A stretch of DNA of 64,000 bases from Squalus acanthias (taxonomy: Eukaryota), in NCBI GenBank assembly GCA_030390025.1, contig JASTWF010000035.1, forward strand, positions 2,232,001-2,296,000. Reading direction: 5' to 3'. Below are positions 23,701 to 38,700 of the stretch, piece after piece (position 1 is the stretch's first letter; every line of letters begins with the position of its first letter). The notes beneath the pieces were generated by a model. It made no database searches. It was given only the letters and a program-made list of their open reading frames with translations, and had not been told where the DNA came from. The position numbers and the translations under genes were made by a program.

Positions 23701-26700
23701 CTCTCCATTTCGAGTGAGAAATCGATCATGTTATGATCGCTCTGACCCAAGGGTCCCCGTACAACAAGATTACTAATTAGTCCCTTCTCATTGCACAGTA
23801 CCCAGTCCAATATAGCCTGTTCCCGAGTTGGTTCCTCGACATATTGATCCAGATAACCATCCCTTAAACACTCAAGGAATTTCTCCTCCTCATTATTTTT
23901 ACTGATTAGGCTAGTCCAATCTATATGTAAGTTAAAGTCACCTATGATGACAGCTGTGCTCTTATTGCACGCTTCTCTAATTTCCCTCGTGATGCCCTCC
24001 CCAACCTCTATTTTACTATTTGGAGGCCTATATACCACTCCTATTAATGTTTTTCGCCCCTCGCTATTTCTTAGCTCCACCCATGTAGATTCTGTATTAA
24101 CTGAGTTAATATCCTTCCTTTCAATTGCATTTATCCCCTCTTTTACCAGCAATGCTACCCCTCCTCCCTTTCTTTTTTGTCGATCCTTCCTAAATACTGA
24201 ATACCCTTGTATGTTAAGCTCCCAGCCCTGCTCACCCTGCAACCATGCTTCCGTAATCCCAATTAGATCATAATTATTAACCTCTATTTCCACAGCTAAT
24301 TCATCTACCTTGTTCCTGATGCTTCTCGCATTAAGGTATAAAACCCTCAGGCTTTTTTTATGCTCACATTTTTTATGAATTAGTTTGAAGCATAACCCCC
24401 CTGCTCTTGTATTCTATGCCACGGCTAATAAAGTCAAGCATTCCGTATGCCTTCAGGGATCTGTGGACATGCACTCCAAGGTCCCTTTGTTCCTCTACGG
24501 TACTCAGTGTCCTACCATTTATCGGCCCAAAAATTCAGCTGAATACGGGAGAGTACGAACTGTGTACTCTCGCGTATTCGGTCCCGAAGTGCCGGTTTCT
24601 TGCATGCACTGCGCATGCGCGGGAAACTGGCACTTCCGGTATGGCAAAGGGGGCGGTTCCTAAGTGAACCGCGTGCGCACTACAGGCTGTGCGCACGCAG
24701 CACACTTAGGTTTTTTTTCAGGTTTCAACGCGAAGGTAAGTATGGAAGATTTTACACATGAAAAAAGGAGGCGTAAGACCCCCTATTAACAAGCTAAGTA
24801 GTTAATTAAGTATTATTTTAAAAATTTTTCAACAGGTTTATCTTTTTTAGAGACTTTAAAGAAAGGTAAGTTTATTTTTATAACTTTTAAAAAGAATTTA
24901 AATTTTTTCAAAACTTAACATTTTTGTTTAAAGTGGTTAATTTATTTAACTATAGTTATTTTATTAATGTGATGTTTTTTTTTTAATTTATTTGAGGTTC
25001 AGCTGTTCTTTTGGGGACAATTTGTATTCATAGTTTTGACAGTTCTCCTGTCAAATCTATGAATGAAAGATGGTGTGCTGCCATTGGCTCTCCATGGCCC
25101 ACGTGATCCCAGAGGTCGCATCGAACTTACTGCGCCTCTGGGACATGCACACACTGCGCGCCGGCACCAGGGAGAGGCCCAGGACCAGAAGTTCGTGTGG
25201 GCCCGAATCACAACGGCAGGTGCGGTAGGTAAGATCGCACGCGATCCTTACCCCCGCGGCAAGCCTCCGAGTCAAATTTCTGGGCCAATGTGTATTCCCT
25301 TTCCTTGTTAGCCCTCCCCAAATGCATTACCTCACACTTCTCCGGATTGAATTCCATTTGCCACTGTTCTGCCCACCTGACCAATTTATTGATATCTTCC
25401 TGCAGTCTACAGCTTCCTTTTTCAGTATCAACCACACAGCCGAATTTAGTATCATCGACTGATGTCGGGCTAACTGGTCTGTATTTCACCGTTTACTCTC
25501 TCCCTCCTTTCATAAATAGTAGGGTTTCCAAACCGTTCTAGAATCTATGGGGGGGGAAATTCGGTTGCTTTGCACCTCCCGCCTAAGAGGGCACTAACGG
25601 GGCGCAAAGCAACTAGCGCCCGGGCGTGGCGCCGCCAATGCCTCCCGCAAAATTCAGCAGGAGGTTAGCGGTGGCAGTAACTGGTAGCGCCCCGCGGCGC
25701 TGCACCACCGGCGATGACGTCATCGCCGTGCACAGCACCCCGCTTGCGCCCCAGCCGCGATCTTCGGTCGCGCCCCCTGACTTACGATGTCCAACGGGGT
25801 CAGGGGGGGTCTACTTGCGGGCGGGGAGGCGCTATTTAAAGGCGAGGTGCCAGGCAGCCATTTTGTTGCTTGCAAGCACCAGTCTCTGCTCCCGTCCCCG
25901 GCCTCCTTACCCACCCCCCCCGCGGAGTGCCGGCTGCGCTCCATGAGCCCAGCACTTCTCTTTTGCTGGCAGTCCTGATCCCCGTGGGTCCAACTGGGCC
26001 CCGGGTCGTGCTGCGCAACGTCCCTCCCCTTTAAGAAGGGGAGGAAGGCCTGCATGGCGCTGCGGCACGTAGCGCCGCGATATTCCCTCGCTGCGCCCCA
26101 AGAGGGAGGTGGGGCCCTTCCAGTAGCGCCCCGCTTCCCTCTTGGGGCGCTACCATTCAATTTCCATCGCGGGGGCGCTAATATTTCCGCGGCGCTAAAA
26201 GTAGCACCCCAGCGAAGTTAGCGCCCCAAAGGGGGCGCAACTCAACCTTTAGCCCATGGAATTTTGGAAAATGCCAACCAATGCATCCACTATCTCTACA
26301 GCCACCTCTTTCAAAACCCTAGGATGCAGGCCATAAGGTCCAGGAGATTTATCGGCTTTCAGTCCCAGTAATTTCTCCAGTACTATTTTTTTACTGATAC
26401 TAATTCCTGTCAGTTCCTGATTCTCGCTCGAAACATAGAAACATAGAATCTAGGAGCAGGAGTAGGCCATTCGGCCCGTCGAGCCTGCTCCACCATTCAA
26501 TACGATCATGGCTGATCATCCAAATCCAGTACCCTGTCCCTGCTTTAATCCCCACAGTACACATATCCCACCCTACCCCCGTAACCCCACGTATTTAATT
26601 CCCCCTAACATATCCCATCCTATCCCCACAACCCCACATATTTAATCCCCCCCTAACACTAAGGGTCAATTTATCATAGCCAAATCAACCTAACCCGCAC

Positions 26701-29700
26701 ATTTTTGGACTGTGGGAGCCTTGGTTCTCCATTATTTTCGAGAAGTTTTTTGCGTCTTCTTCTGTGAAGACAGACACAAAGGGCTGGATTTTCAATGACC
26801 CGTGGAGTCGGGTTTGGAGGCGTGTGGGGGGTTAAAGGTGCAGATTTGAGGGTCCCGACCCCATCCCGCCTCCATGCCAGTTTCGCTGGCGGCGGGTACC
26901 CGACCTGTGCTGAGACCCGACTCCCCGAGGCGGGAAGGGATTAGTGACAATTAACTGCCTGTTAACAGGTAGTTAACAGGCAGTTTTTTGCATAATCCCT
27001 ATTTTAAAAAGAAAGGTGTGGACTTCCCGACAGGTGGCAACCACGCCAAGTTATCGGGGCGGGCCGTGGGTCTGCAGGGGTTGGAGGCGTCGATATGTCC
27101 GGTGGGCAGGTGAGTGATGGGTGCATGTGTGCAGAGGTAAGTGTGTAAGGTAAGTGCTAAGTGTTGGAATAAGTTTTACTTACCTTAACTTCCTCCTGCA
27201 GGTATCAGCCCTTCAGTTCTCGGGAGTCAGAAATCTCACCGGCACAGAAAGCAGAAAAGCCGTGGTCCTGTCAAAAACTGCAGCCTTCTGTTTTCTGTGG
27301 TGGAATGATTTCTAACTCAGCCTGAGAGGAAGGACTGAAGTTAGAAATCATATTGTCAGTGTTTGACAGCTTCACAGAGCTGGCAAACGCTGATATTTCA
27401 TCTGTCAAAAGCTCTTGACAGATGAAATGTCAGTCTGTGACATCACCTGTTACCGGGTGGCCCTTAATTGGCCTGCTGACCCCACTGGGCGGCTCAACAA
27501 GGTCAATCAAGGGAAAATACAGTGGGTTGGCCACATCTCGATGGAGGCGGGTTTACAAGCCAAAATGTGGGATTCACGACACCAACCTCACCTGAGTATC
27601 AAAATCCAGCCCAAAGTATTTGTTTAATTTCTCTGCCATTTCCTTATTCCCCATTATCATTTCTCCTGTCTCAGCCTGTAAGGGACCCACATTTACTTTC
27701 GTTAAACTTTTCCTTTTTACATACCTATAGAAGCTTATACAGTCTGCTTTTATGTCTCTCGCTAGTTTACTCTCATATTCTATTTTCCCTTTCTTTATCA
27801 ATTTCTTGGTCCTCCTTTGCTGAATTCCAAAATTCTCCCAATCCTCAGGCTTACTACTCTTTTTGGCAACATTATAAGCCTCTTCCTTTGATCTAATACT
27901 ATCTTTAACGGTTGGACCACTTTTCCTGTGGGGTTTTTGTACCTTAAAGGAATGTATATTTGTTGTAAATTATGTATTAATTCTTTAAATGCTAGCCATT
28001 GCTCGTCCACTGTCATACCTTTTAATGTAGTTTCCCAATCTACCTTAGCCAACTCGCCCCTCATACCTATGTAGTTTGCTTTGTTTAGATTTAAGACCCT
28101 AGTTTCGGATTTAACTAAATCACTTTCAAACTCAATATAAAATTCTATCATATTATGGTCACTCTTCCCTAAAGGCCCCTTTACTACAATGTTATTAATT
28201 AACTCTTTCTCATTGCACAATACTAGATCTAAAATAGCCTGTTCCCTAGTTGGTTCCTCAACATACTGATCTAGAAAACTATCTTGCATACATTCCATGA
28301 ATTCGTCCTCCACACTATTACTGCAAATTTGGTTTGCCCAGTCTATATGTAGATTAAAGTTCCCCTTGATTACTGTATTACCCTTGTTACATGCGCCTCT
28401 AATTTCCTGATTTATACTCTGCCCTACATTACAACTACTGTTTGGGGGCCTATAAACAACTCCCACCAATGTTTTCTGTCCCTTGCTGTTTCTCCACCCA
28501 AACTGATTCTACTTTTTGATTTTCGGAGCTAAGATCATTTCTCTCTACTGTCTTTATCCTATCCTTTATTATCAGGGCTACCCCGCCTCCTTTTCCATTT
28601 GCCTATCTCTTATAAAAGTTAAGTATCCTGGAATATTTAGTTCCTAACCTTGGCCACATTGCAACCACATCTCCTTCATGGCTATTAGATCAAACCTGTT
28701 AATTTCTATCCGCGCTATGAATTCATCTATTTAGTTGCGAATGCTTCGCGCATTCAGATATAGTGCCTTTAGCTTTGACTTATTTCTCTTTTTCCCTGAT
28801 GTCACCTTAGTCACTGATGCCCTATTACCTTTGTTGCTCTCTCTGTCCCTTCCTGACCCACTCTGCTTATTTTTACCCAAAACTCTACTCTGCTCTAGAG
28901 CCTTGACATTTCTCTCGCTGCTTTTAAATTTACTCTTTCCTGAATCCTCCCACCACCCCATCATTAGTTTAAAGCCCTCTCCACTGCCCTAGTTATTTGG
29001 ATCACCAGGACACTGGTCCCAGCCCGGTTTAAGTGGAGCCTGTCCCAACGGAACAGCTCCAGATGGTGCAGTGGGAATGAGATCCACCAACACCAGCCAC
29101 ACTATTTGAATGTGTTTCTCACCCTAGTGCTTCTTCCATGATGCAGCCGGCTTTCGCATCTGCACAGTTACAATTCCGTGATTCAGTGTCGTGTGAGAGT
29201 CCCAGATTGTGTCCAAGCTCATGGGCGAGGGTAGCAGCAGCACCCAAAAATGTCGACCGGCTGTCCTAAGAGGGAACAGAAGTAACATTCAATGAATACG
29301 TTCCAATATCATCCTCTAACGCCACTAATAAGGCATTGCATGAACTGGTTAACACTGACACAAAGGGCTGGATTTTGAATGACCAATGGAGTCGGGTTTG
29401 GAGGCGTGTGGGGGGTTAAATTTGCGGGGTTGGGGTTTCCGACCCTATCCCGACTGCATCCCGCCTCCACGCAATTTTGACATAATCAATCGCGGGGTTC
29501 CCGATTCCGTCCCGCCTCCAAGAGGCGGGAGAGGCCATTAAAGCCCTTAACAAGCTCTAAATTGGCTCTGTAATGCTATTTTGAAACGCTGTAGCTAGTT
29601 TAAACCCTCTTCCGACGTGAAGCACGCCTGATGTGAAACACTCCAGTGAAACCTGGCGGGAGCACAAGTGGATAGTTGACTATCGGCTGCAAGTCCACTA

Positions 29701-32700
29701 TTACAACGGAGATGTGATGAAGGTAGTAGTAGTAGTAGGTCTGAACACTGCCTCTGATGCTGCTGCATTGAATGTCTTCATAGACTGCCTGGGAGGACTT
29801 ACTTGGCAAAAAAAGTCTCTCTCTCTCTCTCTCTCTCTCCTTCCCCCCCCCCCCCCCCCCATCCAGGTCCACTCACATCAAAAGCCAGACAAGTCCTCTC
29901 TCACCAACAGTCTCTGTGACTAGGCAGTCAGTAATGATGACATCATCAGAGGCGACTTTCAGACTGAAAACACTAATTAGTTCATGGGTTCCCACATGCT
30001 CCAACTCAATTGCCCAATTAAGTGAAAATTGCATCAGGCACCCACATTAATCTGGAGTCGGGGGGGAAACACGAAATGCGGATTACACGACCCCAACCCG
30101 ACCCCAAGACAAAATCCAGCCCAAAACCTTCGCACTACCATATGCTCAGTCAGGCAGCCCTTTCACACTCATTCCTTCTTACACACTCTCACGTACATCA
30201 TCACATGTGTTTGCAGATATGGGGGGAATTTTAACACCTGGGCAGGAAAGTAGCCTCACAAGCAGTCGGCCCAACCGGCATCAGCAGCCATTTTAACATC
30301 CGGGCCTCATTAAAATGCCGCTGGCCAACATCCCGGCTGTAAGCGGCAAACGGCGGCTCGCTGGGGCAAAGGTCAGTGTGGGGATGGCTGGGGGGCCAAT
30401 GGGGCAAAGGTCAGTGTGGGGATGGCTGGGGGGCCAATGGGGCAAAGGTCAGTGTGGGGATGGCTGGGGGGCCAATGGGGCAAAGGTCAGTGTGGGGATG
30501 GCTGGGGGGCCAATGGGGCAAAGGTCAGTGTGGGGTTGGCTGGGGGGCCAATGGGGTTTCTGGGGCAGTCTGGACAGGGGAGGCCGACACTCCGACTCCA
30601 TAAAGGGAAGTTCTAAACTCACTTTACAGGGAATCGTCGCTGCTCCGACCAGGTTGTTGCTGTCGGGTCAACATGGAGTCGGGGTCCTACTGGCGTAACA
30701 GGATCCCCCACTGTAATCACCGACCCCCCACCACGATCACCGACCCCCCACCGCGATCACCGATCCCCCACCGCGATCACCGATCCCCCACCGCGATCAC
30801 CGACCCCCCACCGCGATCACCGGCCCCCCACCGCGATCACCGACCCCCCACCGCGATCACCGACCCCCCACCGCGATCACCGACCCCCACCGCGATCACC
30901 GATCCCCCACCGCGATCACCGACCCCCCACCGCGATCACCGACCCCCCACCGCGATCACCGACCCCCCACCGCGATCACCGACCCCCCACCACGATCACC
31001 GATCCCCCACCGCGATCACCGACCCCCCACCGCGATCACCGATCTCCCACCGCGATCACCGACCCCCCACCGCAATCACCGACCCCCCCACCGCAATCAC
31101 CGACCCCCCACCACAATCACCGACACCCCACCGTAATCACCGATTCCCCCACCGTAATCACCGACAATCCCACTGTGATCAGTGACTACCCACAGTGACC
31201 ACCGACCTCCCCACCACGATCAGCGATCCCCCACCGTGATCACCGACCCCCACGGCGATCACCGAACCCCCACCACGATCACCGATCCCCCACCGCGATC
31301 ACCGACAACACCACTGCGATCAGTGAACCCCCCACCGCGATCAGTGATCCCCCACCGTAATCACCGACAACCCCACTGCAATCAGCGACCACCCACAGTG
31401 GCCAACGACCCCCCAACACCGCGATCACCGACCCCTCCAATGCGATCACCGATGCCCCACCGTGATCACCAATCCCCCCCACCGTGATCACCAATCCCCC
31501 ACACCGTGATCACCGACCCACCCACCGTGATCATGATGGCCTACATCCTAGGGTTTTGAAAGAGGTGGCTATAGAGATAGTGGATGCATTGGCTGAAACT
31601 TTCCAAAATTCCATAGATTCTAGAACGGTTCCTGCGGATTGGCAGGTAGCAAATGTAACCCCACTATTTAAGAATGGAGGGAGAGAAAAAACGGGGAATT
31701 ACAGACCAGTTAGCCTGACATCAATAGTAGGGAAAATGCTAGAATCTATTATTAAGGACGAGGCAACAGCGCACTTAGAAATTAATATTAGGATTGTGCA
31801 GAGTCAACACAGATTTATGAAAGGGAAATCGTGTTTGACAAATCTGTTAGAGTTTTTTGAGGTAGTAACTAGCAGAATAGATAAGGGGGAACCAGTGGAT
31901 GTGGTGTATTTGGACTTTCAGAAGTCATTCGATAAGGTGCCACACAAGAGGTTATTAAACAAAATTATGGATCATGGGATTAGGGGTAATATACTCGCAT
32001 GGATTGAGGATTGGTTAATGGACAGAAAACAGAGAGTAGGAATAACCGGGTCATTTTCAGGTTGGCAGGATGAAACTAGTGGGGTGCCGCAAGGATCAGT
32101 GTTGGGGGCTCAGCTATTTTACAATCTATATTAATGACCCAGATGAAGGGACCGAGTGTAATTTATCCAAGTTTGCTGACGATACAAAGCTAGGTGGGAC
32201 AGTAAGCTGTGAGGAGAACACAAAGAGTCTACAAAGGGATATAGATAGACTAAGTGAGTGGGCAGTAAGGTGGCAGATGGAGTATAATGTAGGGAAATGT
32301 GAGGTTATTCACTTTGGTAGGAAGAATAGAAAAACAATATTTTTTAAATGGTGAGAAACTTTCAAATGTTGGTGTTCAGAGAGATTTGGGTGTCCTCGTG
32401 CAAGAAACACAGAAAGCTAGCATGCAGATACAGCAAGCAATAAGGGAGGCAAATGGCATGTGGGCCTTTATTGCAAGGGGGTTGGAGTATAAGAGTAAGG
32501 ATGTCTTGCTACAATTGTACAGGACCTTAGTGAGACCACACCTGGAGTACTGTGCACAGTTTTGGTCTCCTTATCTAAGGAAGGATATACTTGCCTTGGA
32601 GGCGGTGCAACGAAGGTTCACCAGATTGATTCCTGGGATGAGAGGGCTGTCCTATGATGAGAGATTGTGTAGATTGGGCCTATACTCTCTGGAGTTTAGA

Positions 32701-35700
32701 AGAATGAGAGGTGATCTCATTGGAACATACAAGATTCTGAAGGGGATTGACAGGGTAGATGCTGAGAGGTTGTTTCCCCTGGCTGGAGTGTCTAGAACTA
32801 GGGGGCATAGTCTCAGGATAAGAGGTCGGCCATTTAAGACAGGCATGAGGAGGAATTTCTTCACTCAGAGGTTTGTGAATCTTTGGAATTCTCTGCCCCA
32901 GAGGGCTGTGAATGCTGAGTCTTTGAATATATTCAAGGCTGAGATAGATAGATTTTTGGACTCTAAGGGAATCAAGGGATATGGAGACCGGGCAGGAAAG
33001 TAGAGTTCAGGTCGATAATAGCCATGATCTTATTGAATGGCAGAGCAGGCTCGATGGGCCATATGGCCTACTCCTGCTCTTATTTCTTATGTTCCTATGT
33101 TCTCACACAGTCTCTCTCACTCGCAAAGTCTCGCACTCACACAGTCTCTCGCACGCAGTCTCTCACTCGCGCGCAGTCTCTCTCACTCTCGCACACACAC
33201 TCGCTCTCGCGCACTCTCTCTCTCGCACACTCTCTCTCGCACAATCTCTCACGCAGTCTCTCTCTCTCGCGCAGTCTCTCACACGCAGTCTCTCACATGC
33301 AGTCTCTCTCACATGCAGTCTCTCTCTCACTCACAGTCTCTCTCTCACACAGTCTCTCTCTCACAGTCTCTCACTCACAGTCTCTCTCTCACACAGTCTC
33401 TCTCTCACTCACAGTCTCTCTCTCTCACAGTCTCTCTCTCACACACAGTCTCTCTCTCACACAGTCTCTCTCACAGTCTCTCACTCGCAGTCTCTCTCTC
33501 TCACAGTCTCTCTCTCACTCAGTCTCTCTCTCTCACAGTCTCTCTCTCAGTCTCTCACTCGCAGTCTCTCTCTCTCACAGTCTCTCACTCACAGTCTCTC
33601 TCTCACACAGTCTCTCTCTCACTCACAGTCTCTCTCTCACACAGTCTCTCTCTCACTCACAGTCTCTCTCTCACACAGTCTCTCTCTCACTCACAGTCTC
33701 TCTCTCACACAGTCTCTCTCTCACAGTCTCTCTCTCACTCACAGTCTCTCTCTCACTCAGTCTCTCTCTCACAGTCTCTCTCTCACTCAGTCTCTCTCAC
33801 ACAGTCTCTCTCTCACTCACAGTCTCTCTCTCACAGTCTCTCTCTCACACAGTCTCTCTCTCACTCAGTCTCTCTCTCACACAGTCTCTCTCTCTCTCAG
33901 TCTCTCACAGTCTCTCTCTCTCACAGTCTCTCTCAGTCTCTCACTCGCAGTCTCTCTCTCTCACAGTCTCTCACTCACAGTCTCTCTCTCACACAGTCTC
34001 TCTCTCACTCACAGTCTCTCTCTCACACAGTCTCTCTCTCACTCACAGTCTCTCTCTCTCAGTCTCTCTCTCACAGTCTCTCTCTCTCACAGTTTCTCAC
34101 TCGCAGTCTCTCTCTCTCACAGTCTCTCTCTCTGTCTCTCTCTCTCAGTCTCTCTCTCTCACAGTTTCTCACTCGCAGTCTCTCTCTCTCACAGTCTCTC
34201 ACTCACAGTCTCTCTCTCACACAGTCTCTCTCTCACTCACAGTCTCTCTCTCACACAGTCTCTCTCTCACTCACAGTCTCTCTCTCACACAGTCTCTCTC
34301 TCACTCACAGTCTCTCTCTCACACAGTCTCTCTCTCAGTCTCTCTCTCACTCACAGTCTCTCTCTCACTCACAGTCTCTCTCTCACAGTCTCTCTCTCAC
34401 ACAGTCTCTCTCTCACTCACAGTCTCTCTCTCACAGTCTCTCTCTCTCTCACAGTCTCTCACAGTCTCTCTCTCTCACAGTCTCTCTCAGTCTCTCACTC
34501 GCAGTCTCTCTCTCTCACAGTCTCTCACTCAGTCTCTCTCTCACACAGTCTCTCTCTCACTCACAGTCTCTCTCTCACACAGTCTCTCTCTCACTCACAG
34601 TCTCTCTCTCTCAGTCTCTCTCTCTCACAGTCTCTCTCTCTCACAGTTTCTCACTCGCAGTCTCTCTCTCTCACAGTCTCTCTCTGTCTCTCTCTCTCAC
34701 AGTCTCTCTCTCTCACAGTTTCTCACTCGCAGTTTCTCTCTCTCTCACAGTCTCTCTCTCTGTCTCTCTCTCACAGTCTCTCTCACTCACAGTCTCTCTC
34801 TCACAGTCTCTCACTCGCAGTCTCTCTCTCTCTCAGTCTCTCTCTCTCAGTCTCTCTCTCTCAGTCTCTCTCTCAGTCTCTCTCTCTCACAGTCTCTCAC
34901 TCGCAGTCTCTCTCTCGCTCACAGTCTCTCTCTCTCTCTCTCTCAGTCTCTCTCACTCACAGTCTCTCTCTCACAGTCTCTCACTCGCAGTCTCTCTCTC
35001 TCTCAGTCTCTCTCTCTCAGTCTCTCTCTCTCACAGTCTCTCTCTCAGTTTCTCTCACGCAGTCTCTCTCTCTCTCAGTCTCTCTCTCACACAGTCTCTC
35101 TCTCTCACAGTTTCTCACTCGCAGTCTCTCTCTCGCTCACAGTCTCTCTCTCTCTCTCTCTCACACACAGTCTCTCTCACTCACAGTCTCTCTCTCACAG
35201 TCTCTCACTCGCAGTCTCTCTCTCTCTCAGTCTCTCTCTCTCAGTCTCTCTCTCTCACAGTCTCTCTCTCAGTTTCTCTCACGCAGTCTCTCTCGCTCGC
35301 GCAGTCTCTCACACGCAGTCTCTCACACGCAGTCTCTCTCACACTCAGTCTCTCACTCGCAGTCTCTCTCTCTCTCAGTCTCTCTCACTCACAGTCTCTC
35401 TTTCACAGTCTCTCACTCACAGTCACTCACTCAGTCTCTCTTTCACAGTCTCTCACTCACAGTCACTCACTCACAGTCTCTCACTCACAGTCTCTCTCTC
35501 AGTCTCTCTCACACAGTCTCTCTCTCTCGCACACTCTCTCCTGCAGTCTCTCTCACGCAGTCTCTCTCTCACTCACAGTCTCTCTCTCACAGTCTCTCTC
35601 TCTCACACAGTCTCTCTCTCACACAGTCTCTCTCTCACTCACAGTCTCTCTCTCTCAGTCTCTCACTCACAGTCTCTCTCTCACAGTCTCTCTCTCACGG

Positions 35701-38700
35701 TCTCTCTCTCACAGTCTCTCTCTCACTCACAATCTCTCTCTCTCAGTCTCTCTCGCAGTCTCTCTCACACAGTTTCTCTCTCACAGTCTCTCTCACGCAG
35801 TCTCTCTCAGTCTCTCTCACGCAGTCTCTCTCTCTCTCACAGTCTCTCTCACGCAGTCTCTCTCTCTCACGCAGTCTCTCTCACGCAGTCTCTCTCTCTC
35901 TCACAGTCTCTCTCACGCAGTCTCTCTCTCTCTCAGTCTCTCTCACGCAGTCTCTCTCTCTCACGCAGTCTCTCTCAGTCTCTCTCACGCAGTCTCTCTC
36001 TCTCTCTCACAGTCTCTCTCACGCAGTCTCTCTCTCTCTCACAGTCTCTCTCTCACGCAGTCTCTCTCTCTCTCACAGTCTCTCTCTCACGCAGTCTCTC
36101 TCTCTCTCAGTCTCTCTCTCTCACAGTCTCTCTCACAGTCTCTCTCACGCAGTCTCTCTCTCTCTCAGTCTCTCTCTCACGCAGTCTCTCTCTCTCTCAC
36201 AGTCTCTCTCTCACGCAGTCTCTCTCTCTCTCTCACAGTCTCTCTCTCTCAGTCTCTCTCACAGTCTCTCTCACGCAGTCTCTCTCTCTCTCACAGTCTC
36301 TCTCTCTCGCGCAGTCTCTCTCACGCAGTCTATCTCTCTCAGTCTCTCTCACGCAGTCTCTCTCTCTCACAGTCTCTCTCACGCAGTCTCTCTCTCTCGC
36401 GCAGTCTCTCTCTCACAGTCTCTCTCACGCAGTCTCTCTCTCTCACGCAGTCTCTCTCTCACAGTCTCTCTCACGCAGTCTCTCTCTCTCTCACGCAGTC
36501 TCCCTCTCACAGTCTCTCTCTCACAGTCTCTCTCTCTCACGCAGTCTCTCTCTCACAGTCTCTCTCTCACAGTCTCTCTCTCTCTCACGCAGTCTCTCTC
36601 TCTCGCGCAGTCTCTCTCACGCAGTCTCTCTCTCTCCCCCCCAGTCTCTCTCTCTCACGCAGTCTCTCTCTCTCTCACAGTCTCTCTCACGCAGTCTCTC
36701 TCTCTCTCACAGTCTCTCTCACGCAGTCTCTCTCTCTCACGCAGTCTCTCTCTCTCTCAGTCTCTCTCTCTCAGTCTCTCTCACGCAGTCTCTCTCTCAC
36801 GCAGTCTCTCTCTCTCAGTCTCTCTCACGCAGTCTCTCTCTCTCACGCAGTCTCTCTCTCTCTCACAGTCTCTCTCACGCAGTCTCTCTCTCTCACGCAG
36901 TCTCTCTCTCTCTGTCTCTCTCTCTCAGTCTCTCTCACGCAGTCTCTCTCTCTCGCGCAGTCTCTCTCTCTCTCAGTCTCTCTCACGCAGTCTCTCTCTC
37001 TCACAGTCTCTCACGCAGTCTCTCTCTCACGCAGTCTCTCTCTCTCTCACACAGTCTCTCTCACATTCTCTCTCTCTCGCAGTCTCTCTCTCTCACAGTC
37101 TCTCTCTCACGCAGTCTCTCTCTCAGTCTCTCTCACGCAGTCTCTCTCTCTCACGCAGTCTCTCTCACGCAGTCTCTCTCTCTCTCAGTCTCTCTCACGC
37201 AGTCTCTCTCTCTCTCACAGTCTCTCTCACGCAGTCTCTCTCACGCAGTCTCTCTCTCTCTCACAGTCTCTCTCACGCAGTCTCTCTCTCTCTCACAGTC
37301 TCTCTCTCACGCAGTCTCTCTCTCTCACGCAGTCTCTCTCACACAGTCTCTCTCTCTCTCAGTCTCTCTCACGCAGTCTCTCTCTCTCCCCCCCAGTCTC
37401 TCTCTCTCACGCAGTCTCTCTCTCACAGTCTCTCTCTCTCGCGCAGTCTCTCTCTCAGTCTCTCTCACGCAGTCTCTCTCTCACAGTCTCTCTCTCACGC
37501 AGTCTCTCTCTCTCTCACGCAGTCTCTCTCTCAGTCTCTCTCTCACGCAGTCTCTCTCAGTCTCTCTCTCTCAGTCTCTCTCACGCAGTCTCTCTCAGTC
37601 TCTCTCACGCAGTCTCTCTCTCACGCAGTCTCTCTCTCTCTCAGTCTCTCTCACGCAGTCTCTCAGTCTCTCTCTCACAGTCTCTCTCTCACGCAGTCTC
37701 TCTCTCTCTCACAGTCTCTCTCACGCAGTCTCTCTCTCTCTCACGCAGTCTCTCTCTCAGTCTCTCTCTCACAGTCTCTCTCTCACGCAGTCTCTCTCTC
37801 TCAGTCTCTCTCACGCAGTCTCTCTCTCACAGTCTCTCTCACGCAGTCTCTCTCTCTCTCACAGTCTCTCTCTCACGCAGTCTCTCTCACTCAGTCTCTC
37901 TCTCACGCAGTCTCTCTCTCAGTCTCTCTCACGCAGTCTCTCTCTCACGCAGTCTCTCTCTCAGTCTCTCTCACGCAGTCTCTCTCTCTCTCTCAGTCTC
38001 TCACGCAGTCTCTCTCTCAGTCTCTCTCACGCAGTCTCTCTCTCACGCAGTCTCTCTCAGTCTCTCTCACGCAGTCTCTCTCTCTCTCTCAGTCTCTCAC
38101 GCAGTCTCTCTCTCTCTCACAGTCTCTCTCACGCAGTCTCTCTCTCTCTCAGTCTCTCTCACGCAGTCTCTCTCACAGTCTCTCTCACGCAGTCTCTCTC
38201 TCTCACGCAGTCTCTCTCTCTCTCAGTCTCGCGCAGTCTCTCTCTCACAGTCTCTCTCTCTCAGTCTCTCTCTCTCACAGTCTCTCTCTCTCAGTCTCTC
38301 TCTCTCACAGTCTCTCTCTCACGCAGTCTCTCTCTCAGTCTCTCTCTCTCAGTCTCTCTCTCTCACGCAGTCTCTCTCTCTCTCAGTCTCTCTCTCACAC
38401 AGTCTCTCTCTCTCTCAGTCTCTCTCACACAGTCTCTCTCTCTCACACAGTCTCTCTCTCTCTCTCAGTCTCTCTCACGCAGTCTCTCTCTCTCACGCAG
38501 TCTCTCTCTCAGTCTCTCTCACACAGTCTCTCTCTCTCTCTCAGTCTCTCTCACGCAGTCTCTCTCTCTCACGCAGTCTCTCTCTCAGTCTCTCTCACGC
38601 AGTCTCTCTCTCTCAGTCTCTCTCACGCAGTCTCTCTCTCTCACGCAGTCTCTCTCTCTCACGCAGTCTCTCTCACGCAGTCTCTCTCTCTCACAGTCTC

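Larger units (their letters stand above)
25460..29060 (-). mobile_element. CR1 (end of ORF1, APE, pre-RT region) interrupted by two MITEs and a SINE
   Basis: [23 protein letters not shown] and SDHNMIEF; pieces at 25460-25549, 26256-26430, 26719-26780 and 27613-29060. Confidence 0.85.

Noticed and set aside
30315..31494. G/W-rich and P/T/H-rich ORFs (also 59508-60263)
   Set aside because: Translations of minisatellites and simple repeats.
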